A stretch of DNA of 64,000 nt from Microcoleus sp. (GTDB lineage: Bacteria; Cyanobacteriota; Cyanobacteriia; Cyanobacteriales; Microcoleaceae). Numbering within the stretch: the stretch's first letter is position 1; each line of letters starts with the position of its first letter. The translations under genes were made by a program, and so were the position numbers. Below the pieces are notes generated by a model that was not told where the DNA came from, ran no database searches, and saw only the letters and a list, made by a program, of their open reading frames with translations. The stretch is taken from positions 59,627 through 123,626 of the forward strand of contig JAYFMW010000001.1 of assembly GCA_042408215.1 (NCBI GenBank). The letters run 5' to 3'. This document shows, piece after piece, positions 1 through 10,304 of this stretch.

Positions 1-970
1 AAATCGCCTGGATGTCCAAAGCGTTGAGAGCTGCGATCGCCGTTGGAATCAAAATCAAAACATAGACGATCGTCCCGACAATCCACGACAGCGATTGACC
101 GCCCGCAGTCCGCGAAATTCCGAACCGAGCGCCCAAACTGTCCGCCCCAGCCGCCGTCAGCAGATTCGTGACAATCCGCCGCACCACTTGAGCCAGCAGC
201 CAGCCCACAAACCCAATCAGCACCGCTTCCAAAATCTTGGGAATAGCAGCCAGAATTTGGTTGAGCAAATTATTCACCGGCAGCAGAGCCTGAGACAATT
301 GCAGGGAGTCGAGAATCAGCGGCAAAAACAGCAGAAAAATGAACCAGTACAGCGCATTCGCCAGAGTATCGCTCAGCAGCAAAGGACTCTCGCTGGGCCC
401 AGTACCCACCTGCTGATTCAACCGCTCGTCCACGCTAAAAGTCCCCATCGTCCGCGATACGGCCAATTTGGCGACTGTTGCTAACACCCAAGCAATCCCC
501 AACCAAATTAGCGCGCCGCCTAACTTCGGCAAGAAACCGGTAATTTGATTGAGAAAAGTATTGAGCGGTTGCGAGACAGCCGTTAGATTTAGCTGGTTGA
601 AAAAGGCAACTATGAAAAAGATAAAAATGATCCAGAACACGACTGCGGAAATCCACTTTTCCACTGGCGGTGCTCCAGCTCCTTCCGGGCGGCCGGTAAT
701 CCAAGCAGCCAGCCGATTGTCGATCGTAGTCTTCTTGAGCAGTCCCCCGACTAAAGATGAGACAAGGGCTGACACTATCAATCCAATTAGCAGAATAACT
801 ATGGCCAAGATCAGATTTCCAATGTTTGATCCCGGAAATAGATTGTTAATTCCGCGTTCGGCTGCTGTCAGCGGATTCGCGGCGGGCTGCCCCTGTGCCA
901 AAATTCGATCGGACACAACCGCTATTCGGGCCCAGGTCGGTTGAGTTATTTCTTGCCAAGTTTCATTCAT
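1..970 (-). CDS. Mechanosensitive ion channel / conserved TM-helix repeat protein (runs off window start)
   Basis: Manual minus-strand translation from ATG at 970: MNETWQEITQPTW...NLILAIVILLIGLIVSALV...FLPKLGGALIWLGIAWVLA...LANALYWFIFLLFLPLIL; multiple TM helices; absent from ORF track because no stop is reached. Confidence 0.75.
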   Translation of the reverse strand, partial: MNETWQEITQPTWARIAVVSDRILAQGQPAANPLTAAERGINNLFPGSNIGNLILAIVILLIGLIVSALVSSLVGGLLKKTTIDNRLAAWITGRPEGAGAPPVEKWISAVVFWIIFIFFIVAFFNQLNLTAVSQPLNTFLNQITGFLPKLGGALIWLGIAWVLATVAKLAVSRTMGTFSVDERLNQQVGTGPSESPLLLSDTLANALYWFIFLLFLPLILDSLQLSQALLPVNNLLNQILAAIPKILEAVLIGFVGWLLAQVVRRIVTNLLTAAGADSLGARFGISRTAGGQSLSWIVGTIVYVLILIPTAIAALNALDIQAI

Positions 971-1035
971 TGTTTTCTCAGGTTAACGTCAGATTTGACA
1001 GGGAAAATAAGAAACTGTAAGAATAGTTACAGGTT

Positions 1036-2274
1036 TTATAGGCAAATATTACACTTGCCTGGAGCCACCGTTTTGTAAGGTGTTACCCTTACCGGACGTA
1101 CTACTACGCCCTGTATTCCCTCAGCAAAAGCGTTGGGAAATGCTTTTTTGATAATATTAGCACTGCCATTCACATCCGCATTGATCAGCCTGCCATCACC
1201 AGCACGAAACAAACCTCGCTTAATTCGCTTACCTTTATACTCTGAATGCTTGACACAGGGTTCATTATCCAAAAAAGAACACTTTGAAGTGTAACTTTCT
1301 TCAATAACATTCACAGCAATTCCTGCTAAATGCGCTTTGTAAGTTAGCATTTCAATAAACCTTTCATGAGGTATGGCTACGAAATTCTGATTATTCCGCT
1401 GGCCGAGATTTATGCCCTGTTTCCAGTTATCGTTTTTACCAATCACCAGTGTCCCGATTCGGTTAGCTGCCAGATGATTGACGATAAATCTACTTGCATT
1501 ATGCAGGTAATTATCTACTTTTACATTACGCTTATGAGTTAATTGTTCAATTTTGATTGATACCTTTATCTCCTCCTTCAAGTATGACTGCAATACTGCT
1601 TTCTTTTTGTGATAGTAGGCATTGATTGATTTGAGCGGTTTGCCATTTACTATCAGCGGGACAAACCCTTTTTGATTAGATGTAATTGTCGCTAAGTTAT
1701 TGAGGCCAATATCAATCCCTGCTATCCCTTCAACGCCTGATGCTGATTGAGTTACATCCTTCGGTTCGTAAACCACCTCTATGGAGTAATGGTAAGTTTT
1801 TGGAACGATTCTGACTTGATTTACTTTGCCGACTTTAGTCGTCAGAAATATGTCAGTCAAAGACAGATTGATTATCCCTTTTTTGAGCCATTTTTTACTG
1901 ATGGCTTGAGCCGTGTAAGTCACGACATTTCTGCCTAATGTTTTGTGTTTGTATCTGGGTATTTTGGGTCTGGCTTTGAATTTATCTGGATGTAGGTTAT
2001 ATTCCTTGGTAGCTGCAAAAAAAGATTGCCAGCTTTCATGTAATCTCAATAATACTTGCTGAGATACTTTGGCTGGTAATCCTAGATAGTCAGTCGTTCC
2101 CTGACAGAGTTTCTGTATTTTGTAATAATCGAGGTATTCTCCTGAGCTGATGAATTTTTGTCGGATCTGGTAGTTAGCGTAGTTAAAAAGATTCTTAGAA
2201 AGAAAGCACAAATTATCTAGCTGCTTGTATAGCCAGTGGTTTCGATCGATCGTGTGCTTGGAAACTAGCTGCAT
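1036..2274 (-). CDS. tnpB: RNA-guided endonuclease TnpB (IS200/IS605 superfamily)
   Basis: GIDIGLNN RuvC-I, EESYTSKCS, INADVNGSANI RuvC-III; no tnpA adjacent. Confidence 0.9.
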   Translation of the reverse strand: MQLVSKHTIDRNHWLYKQLDNLCFLSKNLFNYANYQIRQKFISSGEYLDYYKIQKLCQGTTDYLGLPAKVSQQVLLRLHESWQSFFAATKEYNLHPDKFKARPKIPRYKHKTLGRNVVTYTAQAISKKWLKKGIINLSLTDIFLTTKVGKVNQVRIVPKTYHYSIEVVYEPKDVTQSASGVEGIAGIDIGLNNLATITSNQKGFVPLIVNGKPLKSINAYYHKKKAVLQSYLKEEIKVSIKIEQLTHKRNVKVDNYLHNASRFIVNHLAANRIGTLVIGKNDNWKQGINLGQRNNQNFVAIPHERFIEMLTYKAHLAGIAVNVIEESYTSKCSFLDNEPCVKHSEYKGKRIKRGLFRAGDGRLINADVNGSANIIKKAFPNAFAEGIQGVVVRPVRVTPYKTVAPGKCNICL

Positions 2275-2363
2275 TGTTTTGCGGTCTTTTTTGACTATAC
2301 TATACTATAAATGGCTATAAAGTTAATGAAGTTTTACAATACGCTTCTAGCTTGCAGGTTTCC

Positions 2364-2807
2364 ATGTCAATTCGTCAAGTTTTCGAGCAATCAATTGAAA
2401 TTCGCGCTGCTGCTACCTTGGTGGAGCGCTGTATCGCCGATCGCACTTTAATGCACAAATGGCTCAATCCAGTGCTCCGCTGCGAGCCTGTCGGCGAATG
2501 GGATACTGCTATCGGAAGTCGCAGCCTATTTATCATACAAATTCCGCTTTGGCAACCCACTTTAGAGAGTATTGTGTTAGAGCGAGAACCTGGTTTAATT
2601 GTTTGGGGGTTTGACGGATTTTTCAAAGGGTGCGATCGCTGGGAATGTCAGCCGCAAATCCAAGGAACACTTTTGATTAACCGCTTTGAATTTGAGATTC
2701 CCAATCCTTTAATTCGATATGGTTTCAATCGCTTTGCAGCCCCTTGGACGCAGAAAGATATGAAAGACCAACTTCGCCGCCTTAAACGAGTAGCAGAGCA
2801 ATTATAA
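2364..2807 (+). CDS. SRPBCC / polyketide cyclase family protein
   Basis: Typical cyanobacterial pattern (FEQSIEIRA...MHKWLNPVLRC...QLRRLKRVAE); ATG at 2364. Confidence 0.75.
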   Translation: MSIRQVFEQSIEIRAAATLVERCIADRTLMHKWLNPVLRCEPVGEWDTAIGSRSLFIIQIPLWQPTLESIVLEREPGLIVWGFDGFFKGCDRWECQPQIQGTLLINRFEFEIPNPLIRYGFNRFAAPWTQKDMKDQLRRLKRVAEQL

Positions 2808-2812
2808 CCGAA

Positions 2813-2932
2813 GTCATTAGTCATTAGTCATTAGTCATTAGTCAACAGTTAACTGTTAACTGTTGACTAATGACTGTCATTAGTCAACAGTTAACAGTTA
2901 ACTGTCAACAATGCCCAATGCCCAATGCCCAA
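2813..2932. repeat. STRR heptamer arrays (GTCATTA, GTTAACA/GTCAACA, ATGCCCA)
   Basis: Direct tandem 7-mers between convergent genes. Confidence 0.9.
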
Positions 2933-3619
2933 TTACTTCATATTCCCCGATGAATTCGGCTGACAAATCATTTGTCTCGCCGAATTAACTGCTTGACCAG
3001 CCGTACTTTGCAAAGCCGGGGAATTCTGATACATAGCCTGCAAATCTTGCACATCTTTGAACACCCGCTGGTAGACAGCCATAGCTTGATTCCCGTCAAC
3101 TTCTAAAGCCTTCGGGCTGTAATTTTGCATCACTTCCATCAGCGACATTTTGCCATCTTTAGAAGCTGCTACCAAAGCATCCCGCAGTGCTGGTGCGCTT
3201 TCAGCGCGAGTTGCGGGACTATAAGCAACCTCCCCCAATTGTTTGAAAACAATTTCCCCAAAGTAAGTATTTGCCAGCCTTGCTACTAATTGAGAATCTA
3301 GAGGCACTTCTCGCGTTAAGATATCGCGCACTAATTCAGGAGTTTGTTTGGCCAGACTCAGAACACTTTGCAGTTGAGGTGATGGTTTGCCAGTTTGTGC
3401 CAAGCTTTGGAAGTCGCTCATCGGTAAAGTTACGTCAACAGCGCCGTATTTCACGGTGACTTGTTCTAATGCAAAAGCCTTGCCGCTGCTCAGCAACACT
3501 GTACTTGTTCCCAACAAAAGTGCCAAACCTAATGATAAAGACTTGGACATTTTCTTGGTTAAATGAGCTGACTGCCGGCCCATTCCATCGAGAGCACCTG
3601 ATTGAAACTGAAAGTTCAT
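2933..3619 (-). CDS. DUF1400 (alpha/beta hydrolase-associated) exported protein
   Basis: Signal peptide ending AFA-LEQVTVKYG; ALRDALVAASKDGKMSLMEVMQNY motif; true start may be downstream. Confidence 0.75.
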   Translation of the reverse strand: MNFQFQSGALDGMGRQSAHLTKKMSKSLSLGLALLLGTSTVLLSSGKAFALEQVTVKYGAVDVTLPMSDFQSLAQTGKPSPQLQSVLSLAKQTPELVRDILTREVPLDSQLVARLANTYFGEIVFKQLGEVAYSPATRAESAPALRDALVAASKDGKMSLMEVMQNYSPKALEVDGNQAMAVYQRVFKDVQDLQAMYQNSPALQSTAGQAVNSARQMICQPNSSGNMK

Positions 3620-3839
3620 GGGTTTCTGCCTTTTTACGTCAAAATACTTTTTTGAGCGATCGTCTCTGTGCGTGTCAGTCTGGAAAATTGGCTTTCTAGT
3701 TCCCTAAATGACCAATTATTCTACTGTTATGTCAAGCCACTTTAACCTATCAAAATATCGGTGTCAATTGCCAATTTATATGTTAAGTTTTTTGACGGGG
3801 ATTTTTTCGACTTGACCTTAGTTCAATGCCGAAGGAAAG

Positions 3840-4664
3840 TCAGTCGATCGCATCGAGCCGATCGAGCAATTGACGAATTCTAGCAGCATCAGGAGCATGA
3901 GGAGCATTTCTCAGATATATTGCTAAATCACTGCGCGCTTCCGTCAAGCGGCCAAGTTGATAGTAGAGAATTCCGCGATCGCGCCTTTCCCCCAGTGCAT
4001 CTGGAAATAGCAACAAAATCCGTTCCACCGCCCCCAAAACCCCGATCGCATCTCGTTGGCTCAGATAAATCGCCTTCAGATTTCCCAGCATTCGCCCCAA
4101 CAATTGCCTGGGACTTACCGGCGCGAGAAATGCCGGCTGCAACTCCACAGATTGACCGTAAATTTGGGAAATTCTCGCTTGACAATCTTCAGGAAATAAG
4201 ATATCGCCGCTGTTGAACACATCAACAAAAATGCCAGCATCTTCAAAATCTGGCTTAATTAAAAAATGTCCAGGCATCCCAATTCCCACCATCGGAAAAT
4301 CAATCCGTTTAGCAACTTCCAAATAAACCAGAGACAAAGAGATCGGAATACCAGTACGCCGATCGATCACTTGATTCAAAAAGCTATTGCGAGGATCGTA
4401 ATAATCAGCATCATTCCCCGCAAATTCCAAATCCTCGTATAAGTAGCGGTTAATAGTTTGAATTACTCGCAGGGGATAATTCTGTGCCGGCAGGCGATCG
4501 CGCAATTCATCCGCCATCGCATCCAGGATGTTTAAATACTCCTGGGGATCGAAATTTGGGTATTCTTCTAAAGCTATGTAAAGGGCAGCTTTCGCCAGAT
4601 CGATCGAGCTATCTGGCTGATTAATCTCTCGATAAAATAGTTGTCGCGCTCTCGGAAAATCCAT
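3840..4664 (-). CDS. SirB1 family protein (transglutaminase-like + TPR)
   Basis: YYDPRNSFLNQVIDRRTGIPISLS, GIGMPGHFL, C-terminal TPR ERRDRGILYYQLG. Confidence 0.85.
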   Translation of the reverse strand: MDFPRARQLFYREINQPDSSIDLAKAALYIALEEYPNFDPQEYLNILDAMADELRDRLPAQNYPLRVIQTINRYLYEDLEFAGNDADYYDPRNSFLNQVIDRRTGIPISLSLVYLEVAKRIDFPMVGIGMPGHFLIKPDFEDAGIFVDVFNSGDILFPEDCQARISQIYGQSVELQPAFLAPVSPRQLLGRMLGNLKAIYLSQRDAIGVLGAVERILLLFPDALGERRDRGILYYQLGRLTEARSDLAIYLRNAPHAPDAARIRQLLDRLDAID

Positions 4665-4860
4665 TGTTATTATTGATTAATTTGTCATTCACATTCTCTG
4701 CCAATATCACAAACAGGCAAGATGCCTGTTCCACCAGAAATATTTTTATTGTAACATAGACATTTTTTCTGATAAACTAGGCGTTGTATATGTAAAACAG
4801 GCATCTTGCCTGTTGCTAAAAAAAACTTAAAAAGGTACATTATTTCACTTTTAATATACT

Positions 4861-5616
4861 CTAATTTTTTTCATCTAAATCAGCCACTATTTTTAATAAA
4901 GCTTCACGATAGATTTTTTTGCCATCAAGATTAAGATGAACACCATCCGATGTCAAATTAGCCTTCAAAGCTTTACCCTCAAATAACCGCTGCACGCCTG
5001 CTGCATAAATAGGTAACTTTTGGGCCGCAGCCACTTGACGAATCAACTGATTAAACCGATCGACTCTCGGAATAGGAGCCGCAACACTGACATCATGGCT
5101 AGCCTCAACAGTCGAGTAAAAAGCTGTCAGCAAAACCACCTGTTTCGCCCCCATATTTTTTTTGATAGTAGCGATTATTTGCCTCATATTTTTCAGAAAT
5201 TGCTCATCCATAGTTCTATAAATAGCATCATTAGTACCGAGAGCAATAATCGCTCGATCGCACCGAATGTTAGCAGCAGTTAACAACTTTAGCTGTTCTA
5301 GCTGAGAAATCGCACTCATCCCGCCGATCGCAAAATTAAAACTCTCGTTTCCCAGAGTATTTCCCAGCATCGAAGTGATCGAATCCCCAAAAAAACAAGT
5401 TCTTATTTGCTTATTCTGGGTAACAGCAACTTGATATTTTACCTCATCTTGCCACCCAGATTGAGAACTCAGCGTATCTGTTGGCAATTCTAGATAATTC
5501 CCATTCGCCATTACCAAACCTCTACCCAAATAGCCCCGATTCCCTGCATAGAGGAAGATCGCAGATAGCAAAATTATATTCAAAACAATTGACACAAAGG
5601 CAATCAGGTTTTTCAT
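4861..5616 (-). CDS. SGNH/GDSL hydrolase
   Basis: FFGDSIT, LGTNDA and DGVH blocks; N-terminal TM anchor. Confidence 0.85.
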   Translation of the reverse strand: MKNLIAFVSIVLNIILLSAIFLYAGNRGYLGRGLVMANGNYLELPTDTLSSQSGWQDEVKYQVAVTQNKQIRTCFFGDSITSMLGNTLGNESFNFAIGGMSAISQLEQLKLLTAANIRCDRAIIALGTNDAIYRTMDEQFLKNMRQIIATIKKNMGAKQVVLLTAFYSTVEASHDVSVAAPIPRVDRFNQLIRQVAAAQKLPIYAAGVQRLFEGKALKANLTSDGVHLNLDGKKIYREALLKIVADLDEKN

Positions 5617-5639
5617 TTTTCATTTTTCCATTGTAATTA

Positions 5640-7532
5640 TCAAATTCCATGACTTTTGCCAATCACCCAACTGCGGCGAAAAATGCGAGCCAGAGTCGAT
5701 TCTTCCAAAGCAAAATAGATCGGGCGGCCATGAGGACAAGTGCGGGGATTACGAGTTTGTTGCCATTCATTCAACAAATTTTGCATTTCATCCAGACTTA
5801 AAGGAGTACCATTTCGCATAGCACTGCGACAAGCCGTAGCAACTTGAGCCGCTTGCAAATCGGCTACTTTACTGAGTTCAAAAAGAGCATCTGCACAATC
5901 ATCTCTATCGGCCAACAATAGCGGTACTTCCCGCGCCGCCCATAGCTGTTCGCCAAAAGTTTCTACCTCCAAACCCAAGCGGGACAAATTCTCAATTTGA
6001 AGTGCAGATAATTGGCTAAGAATTACAGGCTTGTCTAGAGATTTTAGCTGCCAAGCATTACACAATTGCTCGTACAAAACTCGCTCATGAGCGATGTGTT
6101 GTTCCACCAACCACATTCCGCTGGGATGTTCCGCCACAATATAAGTATTATGAACTTGAGCGATCGCCCTCAATTCCATCAATCCTATTTTGTGATTTTT
6201 TACCTCTTCATCACCATCATTCCGTGAAGTAGAACTACTGGCAAGATAAGCACCCTTTTGTTCCGATGCCTTCAGCAATTGTCCGACTCGATCGGGAATG
6301 GTCGGCTGCGGCAAAACATCTTCATTCAACTCCAAAGCTCTAGCAATTGCTGCTCTAACTTGCTCTTGCCAAAAACTCGGATTGTGCAAATAAATTTCCA
6401 CCTTAGCCGGGTGGCGGTTCCAGTCAATTTCAGAGGGAGAAATTTGTAAGTGAACAAAACAAACGGGATAGCGATCGCGCGGACAAGTGCGTGCAAAGGC
6501 GCTGAGAATAGTTTGCTCTAATTCGGGCGATCGCACAACTCGCCGATTCACCCCAACTTTCACCCAATCCGGCCGCCTGCGGTGACAGCGATCGGGCAAA
6601 CCAATTACTAACTCCAAAGATTGGGAATTGGGCATGGGGCATTGGGAATTGGGAATTGGGAATTGGGAATTGGGAATTGGGAATTGGTAACTCGGCTCGG
6701 TTTTTGACAAAACCAATTGCGTCTTTGCCAAATAATCTGGTGCTTTACTAATGCTTGGAAAAGAGGGCAAACTTACCTTGAAATACTGCAAATCATTCAC
6801 GCGAATTCCCCGCACAAATTGAGGTAAAATTTGTTGTGCTGTGCTACCAGGAGTTATGTGGAAACAAGGCGTATTTTCTTGTCGCAACTGCCAATTAACC
6901 TGCGGGTGACAAAGAGCAATTTGCTGAATCATTAATTGTATCGATCGCACCTGGGGACCTTGGGCCAAAAAACCCCGACGGACTGGCCAATTCCCAAACA
7001 AATTACTAACAGTGACTACCGTACCGGGTGCGATCGCAGTTGATGCCACCTCCACAGGCTCGCCAGCGCCATCATAAACCACCCGCCAGCCCGATCGAGC
7101 ATTTTCAATTCCCCCCCTTAACAAAGAGAGATTTTCCCCGGTCACAGGCTCTCGCTTTTCCCCAAAATCGGCGAATCCCAAATCATTTGGCCGGCTACAA
7201 ATCTCCAACTCACCCAACTGAGCCAAACTGTGCAAAGCTTCCCCACGAAATCCCAAAGTAGCAATTTTATAAAGATCTGCTTCAGTGCTAATTTTGCTCG
7301 TACTGTGAGCCGAAGCCGCCTGCTGCAAATTTTCCAAATCCATACCCACACCATTATCTGCAACTTGCAGCCGCCACTGTTGGGGCCAGATAGAAACAAC
7401 TATCCGAGTTGCGCCAGCATCCAGAGAATTTTCCACTAATTCTCGCACCGCAGCAGCGATCGAGTCTACGACTTCGCCAGCGGCAATTAAATCGATCACT
7501 TCTGCGGGTAAGGTTTGAATAATAGCTGTCAT
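5640..7532 (-). CDS. mutL: DNA mismatch repair protein MutL
   Basis: [47 protein letters not shown]. Confidence 0.95.
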   Translation of the reverse strand: MTAIIQTLPAEVIDLIAAGEVVDSIAAAVRELVENSLDAGATRIVVSIWPQQWRLQVADNGVGMDLENLQQAASAHSTSKISTEADLYKIATLGFRGEALHSLAQLGELEICSRPNDLGFADFGEKREPVTGENLSLLRGGIENARSGWRVVYDGAGEPVEVASTAIAPGTVVTVSNLFGNWPVRRGFLAQGPQVRSIQLMIQQIALCHPQVNWQLRQENTPCFHITPGSTAQQILPQFVRGIRVNDLQYFKVSLPSFPSISKAPDYLAKTQLVLSKTEPSYQFPIPNSQFPIPNSQCPMPNSQSLELVIGLPDRCHRRRPDWVKVGVNRRVVRSPELEQTILSAFARTCPRDRYPVCFVHLQISPSEIDWNRHPAKVEIYLHNPSFWQEQVRAAIARALELNEDVLPQPTIPDRVGQLLKASEQKGAYLASSSTSRNDGDEEVKNHKIGLMELRAIAQVHNTYIVAEHPSGMWLVEQHIAHERVLYEQLCNAWQLKSLDKPVILSQLSALQIENLSRLGLEVETFGEQLWAAREVPLLLADRDDCADALFELSKVADLQAAQVATACRSAMRNGTPLSLDEMQNLLNEWQQTRNPRTCPHGRPIYFALEESTLARIFRRSWVIGKSHGI

Positions 7533-7666
7533 CAGAATTTTAGATTTTAATCTTTATAGGAACCAACTTTTCGCCTTCACCAGAAATATTTTTTTTGAAA
7601 CAGGTATTTTCACTGTTCCTACATTCAATTCTACTCGATCGCGCAACAGCTATTAAACTCGATCTG

Positions 7667-8761
7667 CTAACTGGTAATTTTCGGCAACCGAATATAAAAA
7701 GTTGTCCCTTGTTGGTCTTCCGACTCATAAGTAATTTCCCCTTGATGAGCATCCACGATCGACTTAGCAATCGCCGTCCCCAACCCAGTACCAGTCCGCT
7801 TTCCATAAGTCACAAACGGTTCAAATAACTTCTCCTTAATTGACTGCGGAATGCCCGGCCCATTATCGTAAATGCTAATTTCTGCCCATTCCTCACTTTC
7901 CCACGCAGCAATCTCCACCCGCCCCCCGCGTCCGCCAAAAGCCTCAACAGCATTCCCAACTAAATTTTGTAAAACGCGCAAAATCTTATTTTCGTCCGCT
8001 TCGACTATCACTTCTGTCACCCGTATTTCCAAATCTACTTTTGCCGCATCAAAATAAACCCTATTCAATTTTAAAAACTGCTGCAACGTCTGGATTAGAT
8101 GAACTGGTTTTTTATTTAAAACTGAGTTACCACGCGAAAATTCTAACACTTCCTCGGCCATCCCCAACATTCGCAGCACCTGCAATTGAATCAGTTCGCA
8201 CCACTCCTGACTTTCCTCATCCGGGTGCATTTCTTTGAGCATTTCACTTGAGAGTTTAATCCCCGTAAAAGGACTTTTGAAATCGTGAATAATTGTGCTG
8301 ACCATTTCGCCCAGCAACACCATTTTCTGTTTGTGTACGAACTGGTTAACATATTGATCGGTTGTATCCCGCAAATTTTTAGTAATGAAACTAAACATTT
8401 GCAGTACCGCACTGCCTTTAGCAAATTGGAGAGTTTCTATCAGTGCTTCGCGGCCGATTTTTGCCAAAGTCGAACCGCCACCCGCCACAGCTCTAGCACT
8501 GCGTGGCTCCCCGTCTAAAACTCCTAGTTCCCCAATAAAATCGTCCGGTTTAGCTACAGCAACAGTTTGATATTTATTGCTGTCTATTCGCTTGCTCAAC
8601 TCGACTTCACCTTCTAAAACTAGATACAAAAAATCCGCTTGTTGTCCTTCTTCAAAAACCAGCGTTTCCTCGACAAAACTCTCCAAGACAGCTATTTGGC
8701 ATAGGTGCGCGGCTTGCTCTGGTTCAAAATAGGACATAAATCGATGAGATGCCAGATCCAT
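7667..8761 (-). CDS. Cyclic-nucleotide-binding domain sensor histidine kinase
   Basis: cNMP motif FIGELGVLDGEPRSA; H-box IIHDFKSP; N, G1 and G2 boxes; ATG at 8761 preferred. Confidence 0.88.
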   Translation of the reverse strand: MDLASHRFMSYFEPEQAAHLCQIAVLESFVEETLVFEEGQQADFLYLVLEGEVELSKRIDSNKYQTVAVAKPDDFIGELGVLDGEPRSARAVAGGGSTLAKIGREALIETLQFAKGSAVLQMFSFITKNLRDTTDQYVNQFVHKQKMVLLGEMVSTIIHDFKSPFTGIKLSSEMLKEMHPDEESQEWCELIQLQVLRMLGMAEEVLEFSRGNSVLNKKPVHLIQTLQQFLKLNRVYFDAAKVDLEIRVTEVIVEADENKILRVLQNLVGNAVEAFGGRGGRVEIAAWESEEWAEISIYDNGPGIPQSIKEKLFEPFVTYGKRTGTGLGTAIAKSIVDAHQGEITYESEDQQGTTFYIRLPKITS

Positions 8762-8985
8762 GTGAGAATACCCAAGACTTAATTTAAACAGTTTCTTTCT
8801 TCTATCTTCGCCGATCGCGCTCGGTGCGTTAATAAAATACAATACTGCTGTAATCTGCTTCTAATTTCTGGCATCCCCGGCTTTGATAGACGCCCCTGTG
8901 TCTGGGATGCACAGCCAGACTAGGATAGCAGCAGCAATCTCACTAAAATTATCGCAAAGACGACAATACATAAATATGGTAACTT

Positions 8986-10294
8986 TTGAAATACTCACCG
9001 GGCTAAAGCCACGGTGATTCTTGACGCTTCATCGGGTTCTGCTACCGAAATAGTCTGACAATCCCTCTGCGCCCGTTTAGAGTCGTGGCGATTTCCCATC
9101 CCGACTTTCTCAATATTTTTAGCTGCATTTTCATCTCTATCTTGTTCAGTGCCACAATTCAAGCAAAGCACTGAGCGGATAGACAAGTCGATTTTGCCCC
9201 ATTTAAAGCCACAGTCTGAACATATCTGACTGGTTGGTTCCCATCGACTAATTACTTTGAACTCTCTGCCAAACTTTTCAGACTTAGCCTCGCAAAGCGT
9301 TCGGAATTCGTACCAGCCTTGCTGACTAATTGCCTTTGAGAGTTTCCGGTTCTTGACCATGCCCGATACATTTAAATCTTCCAAAACAATCACTTGGTTT
9401 TCGTTGACTATTTTGGTGGACAATTTGTGCAAGAAATCTTTGCGAGTATCGGCAATGCGGTTGTGCAGTTTAGCGATTCTAATCCGAGTTACATTCCTTC
9501 GTTTAGAGTCTTTGGGCTGGCGGGCTAATTTGCGCTGTAGTTTGCGAACATTCCGGTCTAGTTTCTTATAGCTAGGACTTTCGGCTTTCTCGCCGTTACT
9601 CATTACCGCGAAGGTTTTGATTCCTAAGTCAATTCCGACACTAGGGTTTTTAGCCTCAGACTGAATTGATTGAATTTCTACTACAAAACTCAGGAAATAA
9701 CGATTTGCACAATCTTTGATTACCGTAACGGAACTGGGTTCAGACGGTAGCTCTCTCGACCAAATTGGGTTAACAATTCCAATCTTGGCTAGATAAACTC
9801 CATCACCTTTCAAGGAAAATCCACGAAGAGTAAATCTTGCCGATTGACTGCTGGTTCGTTTTTTGAATTTAGGATATCCGATTTTACGTCCTTTTCGATT
9901 GCCTTTACAGGAATTGAAAAAGTTCTTAAAAGCAATATCCAAGTCGGCAACGGACTGTTGTAAAGGAACGCATGACACATTCTCCAGCCAAGTTCTTTCC
10001 TCAGTTTGTTTTGCCCCGGTTATGACAATTTTTTGCAAATCTGCCGAACTTGGCTTTTTCTCGGACTGTTTGCAGAGGGCAAGCGCATCGTTCCAGACCA
10101 CTCGAACGCAACCAAATAGCTGAGCAAGGCTCTGTTGCTGTTGGTCGGTTGGGTAGAATCTGTAGCGATATCTTGCTTTCATTATTTACTATTATTTGAT
10201 TGTTTTATTTTACTATGTATTGCTGATACAATTAACAGGAATGAAGAAAATTAAATCCGTCCTATAAGGACGGGGCTTCAGACCCCGTTTTTTG
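8986..10294 (-). mobile_element. IS200/IS605 (IS1341-type, tnpB only) element
   Basis: Left end on minus strand TTCAC|CAAAAAACGGGGTCTGAAGCCCCGTCC-TTATA-GGACGG hairpin; right end GAAGCGTCAAGAATCACCG...CGGTGAGTATTTCAA. Confidence 0.85.
8995..10182 (-). CDS. tnpB: RNA-guided endonuclease TnpB, catalytic triad intact
   Basis: MKARYRYRFYPT HTH; GIDLG / VLEDL / DRDENAA (D-E-D); CSDC..CLNC zinc finger. Confidence 0.95.
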   Translation of the reverse strand: MKARYRYRFYPTDQQQQSLAQLFGCVRVVWNDALALCKQSEKKPSSADLQKIVITGAKQTEERTWLENVSCVPLQQSVADLDIAFKNFFNSCKGNRKGRKIGYPKFKKRTSSQSARFTLRGFSLKGDGVYLAKIGIVNPIWSRELPSEPSSVTVIKDCANRYFLSFVVEIQSIQSEAKNPSVGIDLGIKTFAVMSNGEKAESPSYKKLDRNVRKLQRKLARQPKDSKRRNVTRIRIAKLHNRIADTRKDFLHKLSTKIVNENQVIVLEDLNVSGMVKNRKLSKAISQQGWYEFRTLCEAKSEKFGREFKVISRWEPTSQICSDCGFKWGKIDLSIRSVLCLNCGTEQDRDENAAKNIEKVGMGNRHDSKRAQRDCQTISVAEPDEASRITVALAR

Positions 10295-10304
10295 GTGAAT
10301 AAGA

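Noticed and set aside
8870..8900. ATCCCCGGCTTTGATAGACG, resembling an IS605 right-end hairpin
   Set aside because: Too short, and the second arm of the hairpin is absent
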